Positions 16,032 through 26,200 of a stretch of 64,000 bases of DNA are shown here, one piece after another. The notes below the pieces were generated by a model. It saw only the letters and a program-made list of their open reading frames with translations, made no database searches and was not told the origin of the DNA. Position 1 is the first letter of the stretch, and every line of letters starts with the position of its first letter. Origin of the DNA: Elusimicrobiota bacterium. GTDB lineage: Bacteria; Elusimicrobiota; Elusimicrobia; F11. The stretch spans positions 1 to 64,000 of the forward strand of contig JBJXGI010000034.1 in NCBI GenBank assembly GCA_046153645.1. The letters are read 5' to 3'. The position numbers and the translations under genes are program-made.

Positions 16032-16796
16032 ATGAAAAGAAAGTTTTTTTTGTTTGGAATGTTAGGAATTTTAATGGCTTGCGCGACGGTTCCTTATACC
16101 AATCGCAAACAATTTAATTTGATCTCTCCAGGTCAGGAAATGCAATTGGGTGAAGAAGCCTATGCCGATATTCTTAAAAAAACACCTAGGTCTTCTAACC
16201 ATCAATGGACTGAGATGGTTAAGCGAGCTGGAGCAAACATTCAAAGAGTGGCCGAACAACCAGATTTTAAATGGGAATTTAATCTTCTTCAGGGAAAGGA
16301 AGTAAATGCTTTTTGTCTGCCAGGTGGAAAAGTTGCGTTTTGGGATGGCATCATACCGATTTGTAAAGATGAAACGGGTATTGCTGTTGTTATGGGGCAT
16401 GAAGTGGCTCACGCTTTGGCTCGCCATGGGGCAGAACGAATGAGTCAAGGAATGGGAGCACAGATTATTGGTCAAGTGTTATCTCTTGGGCTTGGGAAAG
16501 CAGACCCTGCTGTTCGTGAAAAAACCCTTCAGCTTTATGGTTTAGGGGCTCAAGTGGGTGTTATTCTTCCTTTTAGTCGGGGAAACGAGTCCGAGGCTGA
16601 TCATATTGGTCTTATATTAATGGCCAAGGCAGGGTACGATCCGCGACAAGCTGTTGAGTTTTGGAAAAGAATGGCCGCTCAATCTGGCGGACAAAAACCT
16701 CCTGAGTTTATGTCGACCCATCCCAGTGATGAAACCCGTATTCAACAGTTAGAAAAATGGTTGCCTGAAGCTCTCACATATTACACTGCTAAATAG
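16032..16796 (+). CDS. M48 family Zn metallopeptidase lipoprotein (LoiP/Oma1-like)
   Basis: Lipobox LMAC, NAFCLPGGK, HEVAH, ESEAD, STHPS. Confidence 0.92.
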   Translation: MKRKFFLFGMLGILMACATVPYTNRKQFNLISPGQEMQLGEEAYADILKKTPRSSNHQWTEMVKRAGANIQRVAEQPDFKWEFNLLQGKEVNAFCLPGGKVAFWDGIIPICKDETGIAVVMGHEVAHALARHGAERMSQGMGAQIIGQVLSLGLGKADPAVREKTLQLYGLGAQVGVILPFSRGNESEADHIGLILMAKAGYDPRQAVEFWKRMAAQSGGQKPPEFMSTHPSDETRIQQLEKWLPEALTYYTAK

Positions 16797-16859
16797 AGGT
16801 GTTTTTCATAAGAGTTTATACCTGTTTTTGCACTGAAAAGGGTAAAATAAGCCTATTCA

Positions 16860-17678
16860 ATGCGAAATAAACCTATTCGATCTGTATGCTTGGTTTTTAA
16901 CCCTCAAAAGCTTCGAGCAAAAGAAGAAATTCCAAAGTTAAAATCGTGGCTTTCCAGTCAAAAAGTCCGTGTTTTGTCTTTGTCAAAACTTTCAAAGGCC
17001 GATGCGCTTATCACTTTAGGGGGAGATGGTACGATTCTTTCGGCTGCACCTAAAGCAGCCGAGTTAAATGTCCCTGTATTGGGAATTAATGTCGGGCGAC
17101 TGGGTTTTATGACTTCAATGGAAATGGACGAAATGTACTCAGAATTATCAGATTGGCGTTTGGGTGCATGGAGTTTGAGTGAAAGACTAATGTTAGAAGT
17201 TAAGTTATCTTCTCAAAAACAAGTTTCTTACGCACTTAATGATGCCGTTATTAGAATTGGAACAACCTCTCGTGTCATCTCTGTTTTAGCTTCTATTTCT
17301 GGGGAAAGTTTAGGAAGATTTACGGGAGATGGGCTTATTATTGCAACCCCGACTGGATCGACCGCTTATTCATTATCAGCGCAGGGCCCTGTTGTTCACC
17401 CCGATTTGAATGCTCTTATTTTAACACCCATTTGTCCTCATGGTTTTACGCAAAAACCAGTGGTTTTCCCATCAGATAAAGTTGTTGAATTAAAGCTTGA
17501 TACGCGCCGGGAAATTGGCGATGTTCAATTATGTTTAGATGGGCAAAAAGTTTTTCCTCTCAAAGAATCTGATCGAGTGACAGTAAAACCAAGTAAAATG
17601 AGACTCAAACTATTTCACAAGCCGAGCGTATCGTATTTTAATGTTTTAAGAGAAAAACTATCGTGGGGAGAGAATTAA
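16860..17678 (+). CDS. nadK: NAD+ kinase
   Basis: LGGDGT, GRLGF, ALNDAV, TPTGSTAYSLSAQGP. Confidence 0.93.
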   Translation: MRNKPIRSVCLVFNPQKLRAKEEIPKLKSWLSSQKVRVLSLSKLSKADALITLGGDGTILSAAPKAAELNVPVLGINVGRLGFMTSMEMDEMYSELSDWRLGAWSLSERLMLEVKLSSQKQVSYALNDAVIRIGTTSRVISVLASISGESLGRFTGDGLIIATPTGSTAYSLSAQGPVVHPDLNALILTPICPHGFTQKPVVFPSDKVVELKLDTRREIGDVQLCLDGQKVFPLKESDRVTVKPSKMRLKLFHKPSVSYFNVLREKLSWGEN

Positions 17679-18193
17679 TGAAGAAAAGTCGCAGTTTAGG
17701 TTTATTGATTGGAATCATTCTCATGGGATCTGTTTGTTATGCTCAAGATCGCCATGGAGATCAAGGTATCGGTTTAATGGCAGGAAGCCCCACGGGTGTG
17801 AACTGGAAATATTGGATTGACAATAAATTCGCTTTTGATGTCGCCGCCGGTGTCGCACGGAGTGAATTTAATGTTCATGCGTCAATTCTTTATCATGAAT
17901 TTGATTGGCTTAGTCGAGCCGCAAAAAAAAGTACTTTTTTTTCTGATATCAAAAGTAATGGTGAACTTCCCTTTTATTTTGGAGTAGGCCCTAAATTATT
18001 ATTTAGAGATAAAGAAGAATTTGGAATTCGGTTTCCTGTGGGAGTGAGTTTTATTCCGAATGATTCTCCCTGGGATTTCTTTGGCGAATTTGCTCCCATT
18101 CTTAGGGTTACACCCAGTTCAGGTATAAATGCAGATTTCTCGATTGGTTTTAGATACCATTTCCCTGCCATTCGTCCTCAGGTTGGAGAGTAA
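17678..18193 (+). CDS. Putative small outer-membrane beta-barrel protein (DUF3996-like)
   Basis: Signal peptide, GIGLMAGSPTG, alternating aromatic beta-strands, IGFRYHF near the C-terminus. TAATG coupling to nadK. Confidence 0.6.
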   Translation: MKKSRSLGLLIGIILMGSVCYAQDRHGDQGIGLMAGSPTGVNWKYWIDNKFAFDVAAGVARSEFNVHASILYHEFDWLSRAAKKSTFFSDIKSNGELPFYFGVGPKLLFRDKEEFGIRFPVGVSFIPNDSPWDFFGEFAPILRVTPSSGINADFSIGFRYHFPAIRPQVGE

Positions 18194-18196
18194 ATA

Positions 18197-21100
18197 ATGG
18201 AAAAACTTCAAGATTCGATAGTCTTTCATAAACAAGATCGAATTGATCCTCGGTTTCTTAAGGAATCGGGGTTTGAAGTATTTACTGGAAATGAGTTGTT
18301 GGTCAAAGGTTTTATTGAAGCTGGTGTTGGCCTTGTCACCGGTTATCCTGGGTCGCCTGTTTCGGATGTTTTTGACACGATACATGAAATCTCACCCTAT
18401 TTAGCTGAAAAGGGTATGGTCGCTCAAATTGCCAATAACGAGGCTTTATCAACAGCTCGATTAAATGGGGCCCGGCAAGCGGGGTTACGAGCTGTTTCAG
18501 TAATGAAATCTGTTGGGCTTCATGTCGCCGCTGATGCGCTCGCTGTTGGAAATTTAATGGAACATCATAAGCCCGCAGGGGGCGCCATTGTTGTTGTGGG
18601 GGACGACCCATGGAATGAAACCACTCAGATTAATTCTGATTCTCGCTACCTTTCAAAACATCTCCATATGCCTGTCATTGAACCTTCTTCTTTTCAAGAA
18701 TTAAAAGATTGGATTCCCTTGGCTTTCAAAATTTCTGGAAATTCTGATTTATATATTACTTATGTGGTAACGACCAATCAGGCCGATGGTGGAGCTCGTG
18801 TTCAAGTATTTTCGCATCCAGAACTTGCGATTAGTCAGAAAAAACAAACAACCTTGTCGAGTGAAAAAATTTCTATCAAAGAATCAGTTCTCATTCCACC
18901 GCACACTTCTCAGCGAGAGGCCACATTAGAAGATCGATTTCATCGCGCTTTAGCTGAAGCCAACGTTCTTGCTCTTAATCAATGGTTGGTGCCACCTGAA
19001 GATAAAAATTTTATTGGTTTTATTAGTTCAGGACTTTCGGCTGCGTATTTAGAAGAGGTGCTAACAAGATTTGGATTGTGGGGAAAGTTTCCAGTTTTAA
19101 AATTAGGAATGACTTACCCTATTGATGAGACAAAAATCGCAGAGTTGGCTTCAAAAGTAGGTCATATTATTGTGGTTGAAGAAAAAAGAGGTTTCGTTGA
19201 GTCTCAAGTGGCTGAGATTCTTATTCACCTTCATCAAAAGGGTGTTTTGTCTGATCAGCCTGCGTTATGGGGAAAAAAATTTCCCAATACTGAAAAAGGT
19301 TTTCCGGAGAGAAGAGGTTTAAATGCTTCTTTGATCATGGAAATTTTGGGTAGTTTATTTTTGAAATGGAAAGATTATATTCCCAGTCATTCGGTTGGAT
19401 TAATTGAGCGAGAGTTAACTGAAATTTTAAACACCAAATCATCCTCCATTCGTGTTCCGCTGCGAACACCGACGTTTTGTCCGGGTTGTCCTCACCGTGA
19501 TTCTTCTGCTGTAAATCTGAAAATGAAAAAGAATTTTTTAAATAAGAAAAAGCCCTTGGATATTATTTTTCATGGTGAATCAGGTTGCCATTCCATGCTG
19601 CAATTTGCCCCCAATGAGGGTCTCATGCAAAATTATTCAGGTATGGGACTGGGTGGAGGAACTGGGGCTGGTATGTCTCCTTTTATCACTAATAAACAAG
19701 TTGTGTTTTTAGGTGACTCCACATTTTTTCATTCGGGACTTATCGCGATTTCTGATTCAGTAAAAAATAATCAAGATATTACCTATATCATTCTCGAAAA
19801 TAAAACGACCGCCATGACCGGACACCAGCCCACTCCAGGGAATGATTTCGATGTAATGGACCGAGAAACAGATCCGCAAGATATTGAAAGAGTGGTTAAA
19901 GGTTTGGTTCCCGCGCATGTTTTTGTTAAGCGTATTGATCCCGCTGATCGAAATAGTTACCAACCCTTATTAGAAGAAACCGTTTTAAAACCCGGTGTTA
20001 AAGTTATTATCGCCGATAAAGAATGTGCAATTACCTATCACCGGCGCTTGAATGCGGAGAAAAAACAAACAATTAAAGAAAAAGGATATATTGCTCGCGA
20101 AGAGCGAATGAATATTACGCCTGAAGTTTGCGAGTTTTGTTTAGAGTGTACTCGTCAAACGGGTTGCCCGGGGCTTACCATTGCTGAAACGCCTTATGGG
20201 AAAAAGATTGCAACGGATTTGTCTACTTGTGTTGATGATGGTGCTTGCGCGCGTACAAAAGCTTGTCCTTCTTTTGAAAAGGTTATTATCCAGCGTTCTC
20301 AAGCTGTTCCGCCAAAAAAATCTTTCCAAATTAATCCCGCTGAATTACCTGTTGTTCATTTTGAAGAATTTGGCGATCGTTGGTCAGCCTATACCGCTGG
20401 TGTTGGAGGGATGGGGGCTGGTTTGGTTAATTCCGTATTGGTTAGAGCCGCTTCACTAGAAGGCAAACATGTGACCTTTTTAGATAAAAAAGGACTCGCC
20501 ATTCGAAATGGTGCTGTCTATGGACATATTGTTATTTCTAAAACAGAACCTATTTGTTCGCCAGTGATTCCTTATGGAAAAGCTGATTTGCTCATTGGGT
20601 TAGATATTTTAGAGTCAGCTCGTGCTGTTGATGCTGAACTTAATTTGCGGGTTGCTCACCCAGGGCGCACCTATGGTGTTATTAACCGCCACAAACATGA
20701 AACTGTTTTATCATTGATGGGAAGAGAAAGTTTTGATCCCGATGAACTTGAAGTTGCGCTTCAAAAGAAAATTCGTTTGGGTGGTTTGTTGTCTATTGAT
20801 TTTTCAGATATTTCAGAAGAATATCTAGGCTCCAAACTTTATTCAAATATGATTTTATTGGGAGCGGCCTATCAAAAAGGTTGGATTCCTCTTGAAGAAA
20901 AAAATCTCAATGAAGCTATTTGTTTAAGTGTCCGATCGGCTGACCGTCAAACCAATCTCCATGCCTTTCTTTTGGGGCGATATTTATCTTGTCATCCCGA
21001 TCGCATTAAAAAAGAAAATTTGATGGAAAATTTCTATGACCTCGTTAATCAAAAAAAAGAGTACTTAAAAAAATCCTCTTTGGTTTTCGGACGAGTCATA

Positions 21101-21808
21101 GCGAATCAATATCAACAAATCATGCACCAAATCGATCGGTGGTTAGATGTTGATTTGTCTTCACGGCTTCTCCTCGCGCACACTGTTTACGATTTGATTC
21201 GTTATGAAAATGTGGCTTTTGCTGAGCGCTACGTCGAAATTATTTGGAATTTGTATAAAAAAGATCAAAAGAAGTTTAATTTTGAATTGACCAAAAAGAC
21301 CATTTGGAGTTTGTATAAAGTTTTGGCGATCAAAGATGAAGTTTGGGTGGCTCAATTGTTAATCGCGCCTGAGAAATATCAAAGAGATAAAGAGCGTTAT
21401 CAGATAGATGAATCAAGAGGCGATAAAATTTCTTATGTTCATTTTAATCGTCCGCAATTTAATTTTTGGGGAAAATTATTTGAATTTGATTTGGAATCAA
21501 AAGATTGGATGCTTCGAATAATGTCTTATTTTAAGTTTTTGAGAAAAATTCTTCCTCAGTGGCACAAAAAAGAAAAAGAATTTAGAGATTGGTATTTAAA
21601 CCTTATCGAAGGGATCCATTTCACTGATTCACTTTTGGTTTATAAAAACTATTGTGATTTGGCTGATTTGCCTGAAATGGTGAAGGGCTACCGAGAAATA
21701 CGCTACCCGCTTATGAAAGAGGCTCAAGAAAAAGCGATCAAGATTCAGTCTGCGCTTTCTGAAATGTCACCCAAAGAGACTCTTATTCAACCTTTGAAAG
21801 TTTTATAA
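18197..21808 (+). CDS. Indolepyruvate:ferredoxin oxidoreductase, fused alpha/beta subunits with C-terminal extension
   Basis: TGYPGSP, FCPGCPH, GDSTFFHSG TPP motif, TAMTGHQ, CEFCLEC..GCP, GVGGMG, KKGLAIRNGAV, AIKDEVWVA. Confidence 0.9.
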   Translation: MEKLQDSIVFHKQDRIDPRFLKESGFEVFTGNELLVKGFIEAGVGLVTGYPGSPVSDVFDTIHEISPYLAEKGMVAQIANNEALSTARLNGARQAGLRAVSVMKSVGLHVAADALAVGNLMEHHKPAGGAIVVVGDDPWNETTQINSDSRYLSKHLHMPVIEPSSFQELKDWIPLAFKISGNSDLYITYVVTTNQADGGARVQVFSHPELAISQKKQTTLSSEKISIKESVLIPPHTSQREATLEDRFHRALAEANVLALNQWLVPPEDKNFIGFISSGLSAAYLEEVLTRFGLWGKFPVLKLGMTYPIDETKIAELASKVGHIIVVEEKRGFVESQVAEILIHLHQKGVLSDQPALWGKKFPNTEKGFPERRGLNASLIMEILGSLFLKWKDYIPSHSVGLIERELTEILNTKSSSIRVPLRTPTFCPGCPHRDSSAVNLKMKKNFLNKKKPLDIIFHGESGCHSMLQFAPNEGLMQNYSGMGLGGGTGAGMSPFITNKQVVFLGDSTFFHSGLIAISDSVKNNQDITYIILENKTTAMTGHQPTPGNDFDVMDRETDPQDIERVVKGLVPAHVFVKRIDPADRNSYQPLLEETVLKPGVKVIIADKECAITYHRRLNAEKKQTIKEKGYIAREERMNITPEVCEFCLECTRQTGCPGLTIAETPYGKKIATDLSTCVDDGACARTKACPSFEKVIIQRSQAVPPKKSFQINPAELPVVHFEEFGDRWSAYTAGVGGMGAGLVNSVLVRAASLEGKHVTFLDKKGLAIRNGAVYGHIVISKTEPICSPVIPYGKADLLIGLDILESARAVDAELNLRVAHPGRTYGVINRHKHETVLSLMGRESFDPDELEVALQKKIRLGGLLSIDFSDISEEYLGSKLYSNMILLGAAYQKGWIPLEEKNLNEAICLSVRSADRQTNLHAFLLGRYLSCHPDRIKKENLMENFYDLVNQKKEYLKKSSLVFGRVIANQYQQIMHQIDRWLDVDLSSRLLLAHTVYDLIRYENVAFAERYVEIIWNLYKKDQKKFNFELTKKTIWSLYKVLAIKDEVWVAQLLIAPEKYQRDKERYQIDESRGDKISYVHFNRPQFNFWGKLFEFDLESKDWMLRIMSYFKFLRKILPQWHKKEKEFRDWYLNLIEGIHFTDSLLVYKNYCDLADLPEMVKGYREIRYPLMKEAQEKAIKIQSALSEMSPKETLIQPLKVL

Positions 21809-22320
21809 CTTAAAAAAGCAATAATTGTTTTTGAGTCTTTAATTTTCCCTGAACGAATAGCGTTATATACTTTTTTTATTGGCCAAACTTTAGCGTTTAA
21901 GAATTCATCTTCATCTGGATTCAAGTGGCCTTTTGTCAGTTTTTTAGCGATATAGATATGGATAATTTCATTAGCAAATGCCGCTGTTGGCCAAAAAGAT
22001 AATAACTTCGTTAAATGATTGCTTTTAAAACCAGTTTCTTCTTCCAATTCTCTTTTGGCGCATGAAAGTAAAGGTTCTTTATTATCAAGTTTTCCGGCTG
22101 GAATTTCCCAGGTTTCTTCTTGGACAGGATAACGATATTGTCTGACCAGAACGACATGATTTTTATCGATGAATGGAATGATTCCAACAGCGCCCGGGTG
22201 ATTTAAGTATTCACGGGTGGCCTTTTTATGGTTGGGAAGTTTAATTTCATCAATTCTAAATCCCACGGCGCGGCCTTGAACTTCTTTTAAACGTTTTAGA
22301 AAAATTTCTTTTAGTTTCAT
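21787..22320 (-). CDS. NUDIX hydrolase, ADP-ribose pyrophosphatase-like
   Basis: REYLNHPGAV, RQYRYP, EIPAGKLD..E....AKRELEEETG. GAGGAG RBS before ATG 22320. Confidence 0.9.
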   Translation of the reverse strand: MKLKEIFLKRLKEVQGRAVGFRIDEIKLPNHKKATREYLNHPGAVGIIPFIDKNHVVLVRQYRYPVQEETWEIPAGKLDNKEPLLSCAKRELEEETGFKSNHLTKLLSFWPTAAFANEIIHIYIAKKLTKGHLNPDEDEFLNAKVWPIKKVYNAIRSGKIKDSKTIIAFLSYKTFKG

Positions 22321-22381
22321 GGGGTCTCCTCTAATAATATGAGGAATTGAATTTAACATTTTTTAAAAATTGAGGTGATAT

Positions 22382-22966
22382 ATGAAAATAATTAATAAGT
22401 ATGGGATCCTAATTCTTTTTACCGGTTTTCTGGGCGGTTTTGTTAAAGCCGAGGAAGTTAAATCTGCACGTTCTATTGATGATATTCTCACTCAATCTAA
22501 ATTTCGTCAAAAAATTTTCACCGTGGGTGTTGTTAAAAAACCTCTGAATTTCGATGATTTTATTGTTTCCAGTGATCAAGGAACTTTGGTTTTAGTTCGA
22601 TTCAAAGGAATAAAACAAGATTTAAAAACGGGAGATAAAATATTTGTCTATGGCCGTCATTTAGGTCGCCCCGCTTTGCCCGGAGTCAAACTTGAAATAG
22701 AAGCAATTGAATATGCGCTTGATACAAAAACAGAAAATCGTGATGCCCTTCTTTCTAAATATGGAGTTCCTGTTCCCATCGAAGTGCCTGTCATAAAATC
22801 AACTGAAACCGTAAGTATCACCCCTGTCGTTACCGAAGCAGAATCTACCAACGACTCGTCATTCATAGAAAAGCGCCTTATGAGATTGGATGGTTTGAAA
22901 CAAAAAGGACTTATATCAGAAGATGAATATAAGGCTCAAAGGAAAAGAATTTTAGAGAGCTTATGA
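22382..22966 (+). CDS. Exported hypothetical protein with OB-fold-like region and C-terminal SHOCT domain
   Basis: Signal peptide. C-terminal RLMRLDGLKQKGLISEDEYKAQRKRIL is the SHOCT pattern. Confidence 0.7.
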   Translation: MKIINKYGILILFTGFLGGFVKAEEVKSARSIDDILTQSKFRQKIFTVGVVKKPLNFDDFIVSSDQGTLVLVRFKGIKQDLKTGDKIFVYGRHLGRPALPGVKLEIEAIEYALDTKTENRDALLSKYGVPVPIEVPVIKSTETVSITPVVTEAESTNDSSFIEKRLMRLDGLKQKGLISEDEYKAQRKRILESL

Positions 22967-23016
22967 TGACTTACCGGTGATTAGAAAAAGCCTGTCGAAA
23001 AAGAAAGTCTCCAATC

Positions 23017-23195
23017 CGTCATTCCGGCCCCCATATTTATAAACGAAGCAAGAGAAAATAAGAGAATAAGCCGGAATCCAGCCGTTCCCCAGAAATACTG
23101 GGAATTTTCATGGGCAAATAATAAGTAAATTTTTTAGCCGGAAGCGGGTTTCTTTGACGGTCTAAAGCCTGGATTCCGGCCTTCGCCGGAATGAC
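23017..23195. repeat. CGTC-tagged nested palindromic (REP/RPE/MITE-like) element
   Basis: GTCATTCCGGC (23018-28) pairs with GCCGGAATGAC (23185-95). Inner GCCGGAATCCAG (23070-81) pairs with CTGGATTCCGGC (23169-80). Confidence 0.8.
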
Positions 23196-23236
23196 AATGA
23201 AAAATAGGCTTTATTTCCCGACTGGCTCAAAAAAGT

Positions 23237-23273
23237 TTACAAGAAATTTACCATCTTTTAAGTCGAAATTAAG
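23237..23273 (+). promoter_or_regulatory. Conserved upstream tandem-box motif of giant gene 3
   Basis: TTACAAGAAATTTACCATCTTTTAAGTCGAAATTAAG starts 60 bp before the ATG. A TAAAAT hexamer lies 7 bp before the ATG. Confidence 0.7.
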
Positions 23274-23296
23274 CTCTCTATCTTAAAATTGAGAGC

Positions 23297-26200
23297 ATGA
23301 AGAACTTGAATTCCCAACCCTCCCTTTTTCATCGCCTTTGCGCGTCTTTTTTGGTGGTTGTACTGTTTCTCTCAGGCACGGTTTTTGCTCATAATTTAGA
23401 GACAAATATATGGGAAGATCGCCGCCGGAAAACGTCGGCAGCCTCCCAACTGGCCTCCCTCCCTCAAGTCCGAATTTTTGATTCGACGCTCCGGCATTTT
23501 CAAAGATCATCACCATCGCTGCGTCTGCCCGTTGGGTTAAATGATCGTTCGCTCATTGCCGATCTGCAAAAAAATGGCGTAATTCGCGATGTGAAAAATG
23601 GTAGTGGACCATTCACCGTCATTTACATTCAAGACGTCCACGGCCATGCCGAGGCGCAACGCAACATCGCCGGTATGATTTTGTCCGTGCTGGCGCGCCA
23701 TCCTAAGGCCACGATTGGTCTGGAAGGGGCCTCCGGCCCGATCTCTCTTCACGCGTTTCGCGTGTCAACGCCCGAGATCAACAAACAGATCGGTTCTTTT
23801 CTTTTAAACACCGCCATCATCACCGGCGCTGAATACGCCGGGTTTGCTGCGGCGTTGACACCACGCATGATCGGCATCGAAGATGCGCCGCTTTACGTGG
23901 AGAACGTTGAGGCTCTTCGTAGCGCGCTGGCCGGACAAGCCTCGGCGTTGGATCAGAAAAATGCGGACGACCGACAACTCTCCGAACGCAAACGGCAAGA
24001 ATATTCTGTAGCTCTTATTTCTCTTAATGCTCAGCGTGAAGCTTATGAGAATGGTCAGGAAGGTCTCGGCACTTATTTAGCGGCTCTCTCTCGCGTTCAA
24101 CCCGGAGCAGTGGCTTCGTTTAAAAATATCGATCTCTTTTTAAAAACATGGACGTTGGAAAGCACGTTGGACTTCGATCGAGCCGAGCGCGAGCGAAAAG
24201 AATTTTTTTTGCACTTGGTGCCGGCGCTCACAAAAGAACAGCTCGATAATCTCTCCGCCCGCGGCCTGGCGCTTCGCACCGGCGACCTTCGTTATCCCGA
24301 CTTTTATGCTTTTCTCAAAACCTTGGCGGCGCAATCGGGCCTTTCGCTCTCCTCGACGCCGACCTTCGATCGTTATGTGAATTACACTCTACAAGCTGAT
24401 TCCATTCGTGCTGAAACGCTTTTTTCGGAAATCCCTGTTTTTGAAGACCGCGTGTGGCGTGCGCTTTGCACGAATTCTCGGCAACGAGAGATTTACGAAG
24501 CCTCAGTGGCGGCAGGTTTAACCGGCAAACTATTGAAACTGAAATTGACCGCGGAAGAATGGGAGCAAGCAAAAAAACGCGCGTCCACTGAACTCCAAGC
24601 CTTTCCCTCTTTCGCTGCTTTCTACCGCGCCGCCGAAGCGCGCAACGCGGCGCTCGCCTCACGTTTTGAAACGGTACGCGTAGAATCGCCCGAAAAAGTG
24701 TCGGTGGTGCTCGCTGGTGGTTTCCACTCGGCAGGCTTAACCGCCCTCATTGCTCGGGACGCAACGGTGATAACGGTTTCACCTAAATTGAGCACGGAGA
24801 ACCGATCCTTCGATAATGAATACCTCAACGTCTTCACGCGCGAAAAAACGCCGCTTGAGAAAATTTTTGAAGCGCCGAAGATTTCGATTGTGATGACCTT
24901 GGCCACGAAATCAATTCGAAATACCGCGGGGCAGATTCTCAACGGAATGTCGTTGGTGCTGGTCACGCTTATCGATCCTTTGGCTGAAGCTCTCGGGAAG
25001 TTAAGCGCTCAAACGGTTGCTTCATCTGCCAGGGGACCGATTTATGTGTCGGTCACTACAAACGGCGGCAGAATGGAAAGTGATCCGAAAAGTCCACCGC
25101 TCTTGGAAGGAGTCGTCACCGGTGAGGTGAAGGCGCGTGTGTGGGCCACGACTGAAGGAAAGAAACTCACGAAAGAACAAATCATGGGCCGCGTTTGGGG
25201 AACGGAATATTGGCACTCGCTCCCAACGCTTACATCCGCATGGGCGGTCGCGGTGTTCACTCGGATCTCCGGGTTTTCCTTAACCACTCAGCTGCTAGCA
25301 GCTCTGGTTGCCGGTTTGATTGGTCTCATATGGGCCGTTCGGAAGATTCGCGATCAACACCGGGTCACGCACAATGTCGAAGGATTGCGCCAAGTAACGC
25401 CGATCTTGATCTTTTACGGAATAGTTTCGCTCGTGGTCTTTTTGGCGGCTTATGCAGCGACGTTCAATGTAACTTGGTTGGATCCAAAAATCGCGATTCT
25501 CTTGGCTGTCGGCGCTGGGTTCTTGGTGTATCAGGGGCTTCATTATGGACGGAACCTCAAAGCGATAAATGATTCCTCCATTGCGCCGCTGGCGACGACC
25601 GGTGTTCATTTCATTGACGTGAGAAACTTGAGATTCGGTGACGTCCCCGCACAAGCCATCGAAAACGCATTTGCGCGTCCAGAGGCCCTGGGCGGCCCTC
25701 AACGTCGTCTGCTGTCTGAAAAGTGGGTGGGACACGACAGGGTTCTCACGCTCTACGAAGTGACCGAGGAGGGAGGACGGCCCGCCCCCTATTTTAGAAA
25801 GGAAGGGAAAGTCGATCGGCCGGAAGCCTACCAGGTGTTTCACATGCGTCGACCTGAACAGCATCCGTTTCTTCCGAGAGAGCTTACGGAGATATTTTTC
25901 GGAAAAGCGCTTTACGATCACGTTAAGCGAGCGAATCTCGTAGGAGTTCTGAATAATTTAATTGGTCGAATACGTGAAAATAGGTTCTTGATGATATCCA
26001 CGGACAATGACCTGCAGTTGCTTCGGTTGCTAGCCGTCATTCAGCACTCGGTCGCTTTTCGCTGGGATGAAATTCTTCGGAGAAAACAGGGGGCCGTGGA
26101 AGATCAGACCGTCCCCGTTAAATTTCCGGTTGGTTATGACTCCGATGGAAATCTTGTGATGAAGTGGTTAAGGGATGAGGACGACCGGATTATGCCGCTG

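Noticed and set aside
21787..21808. 22-bp convergent overlap of the IOR and NUDIX genes
   Set aside because: Short 3' overlaps are common in compact genomes, and there is no further signal.
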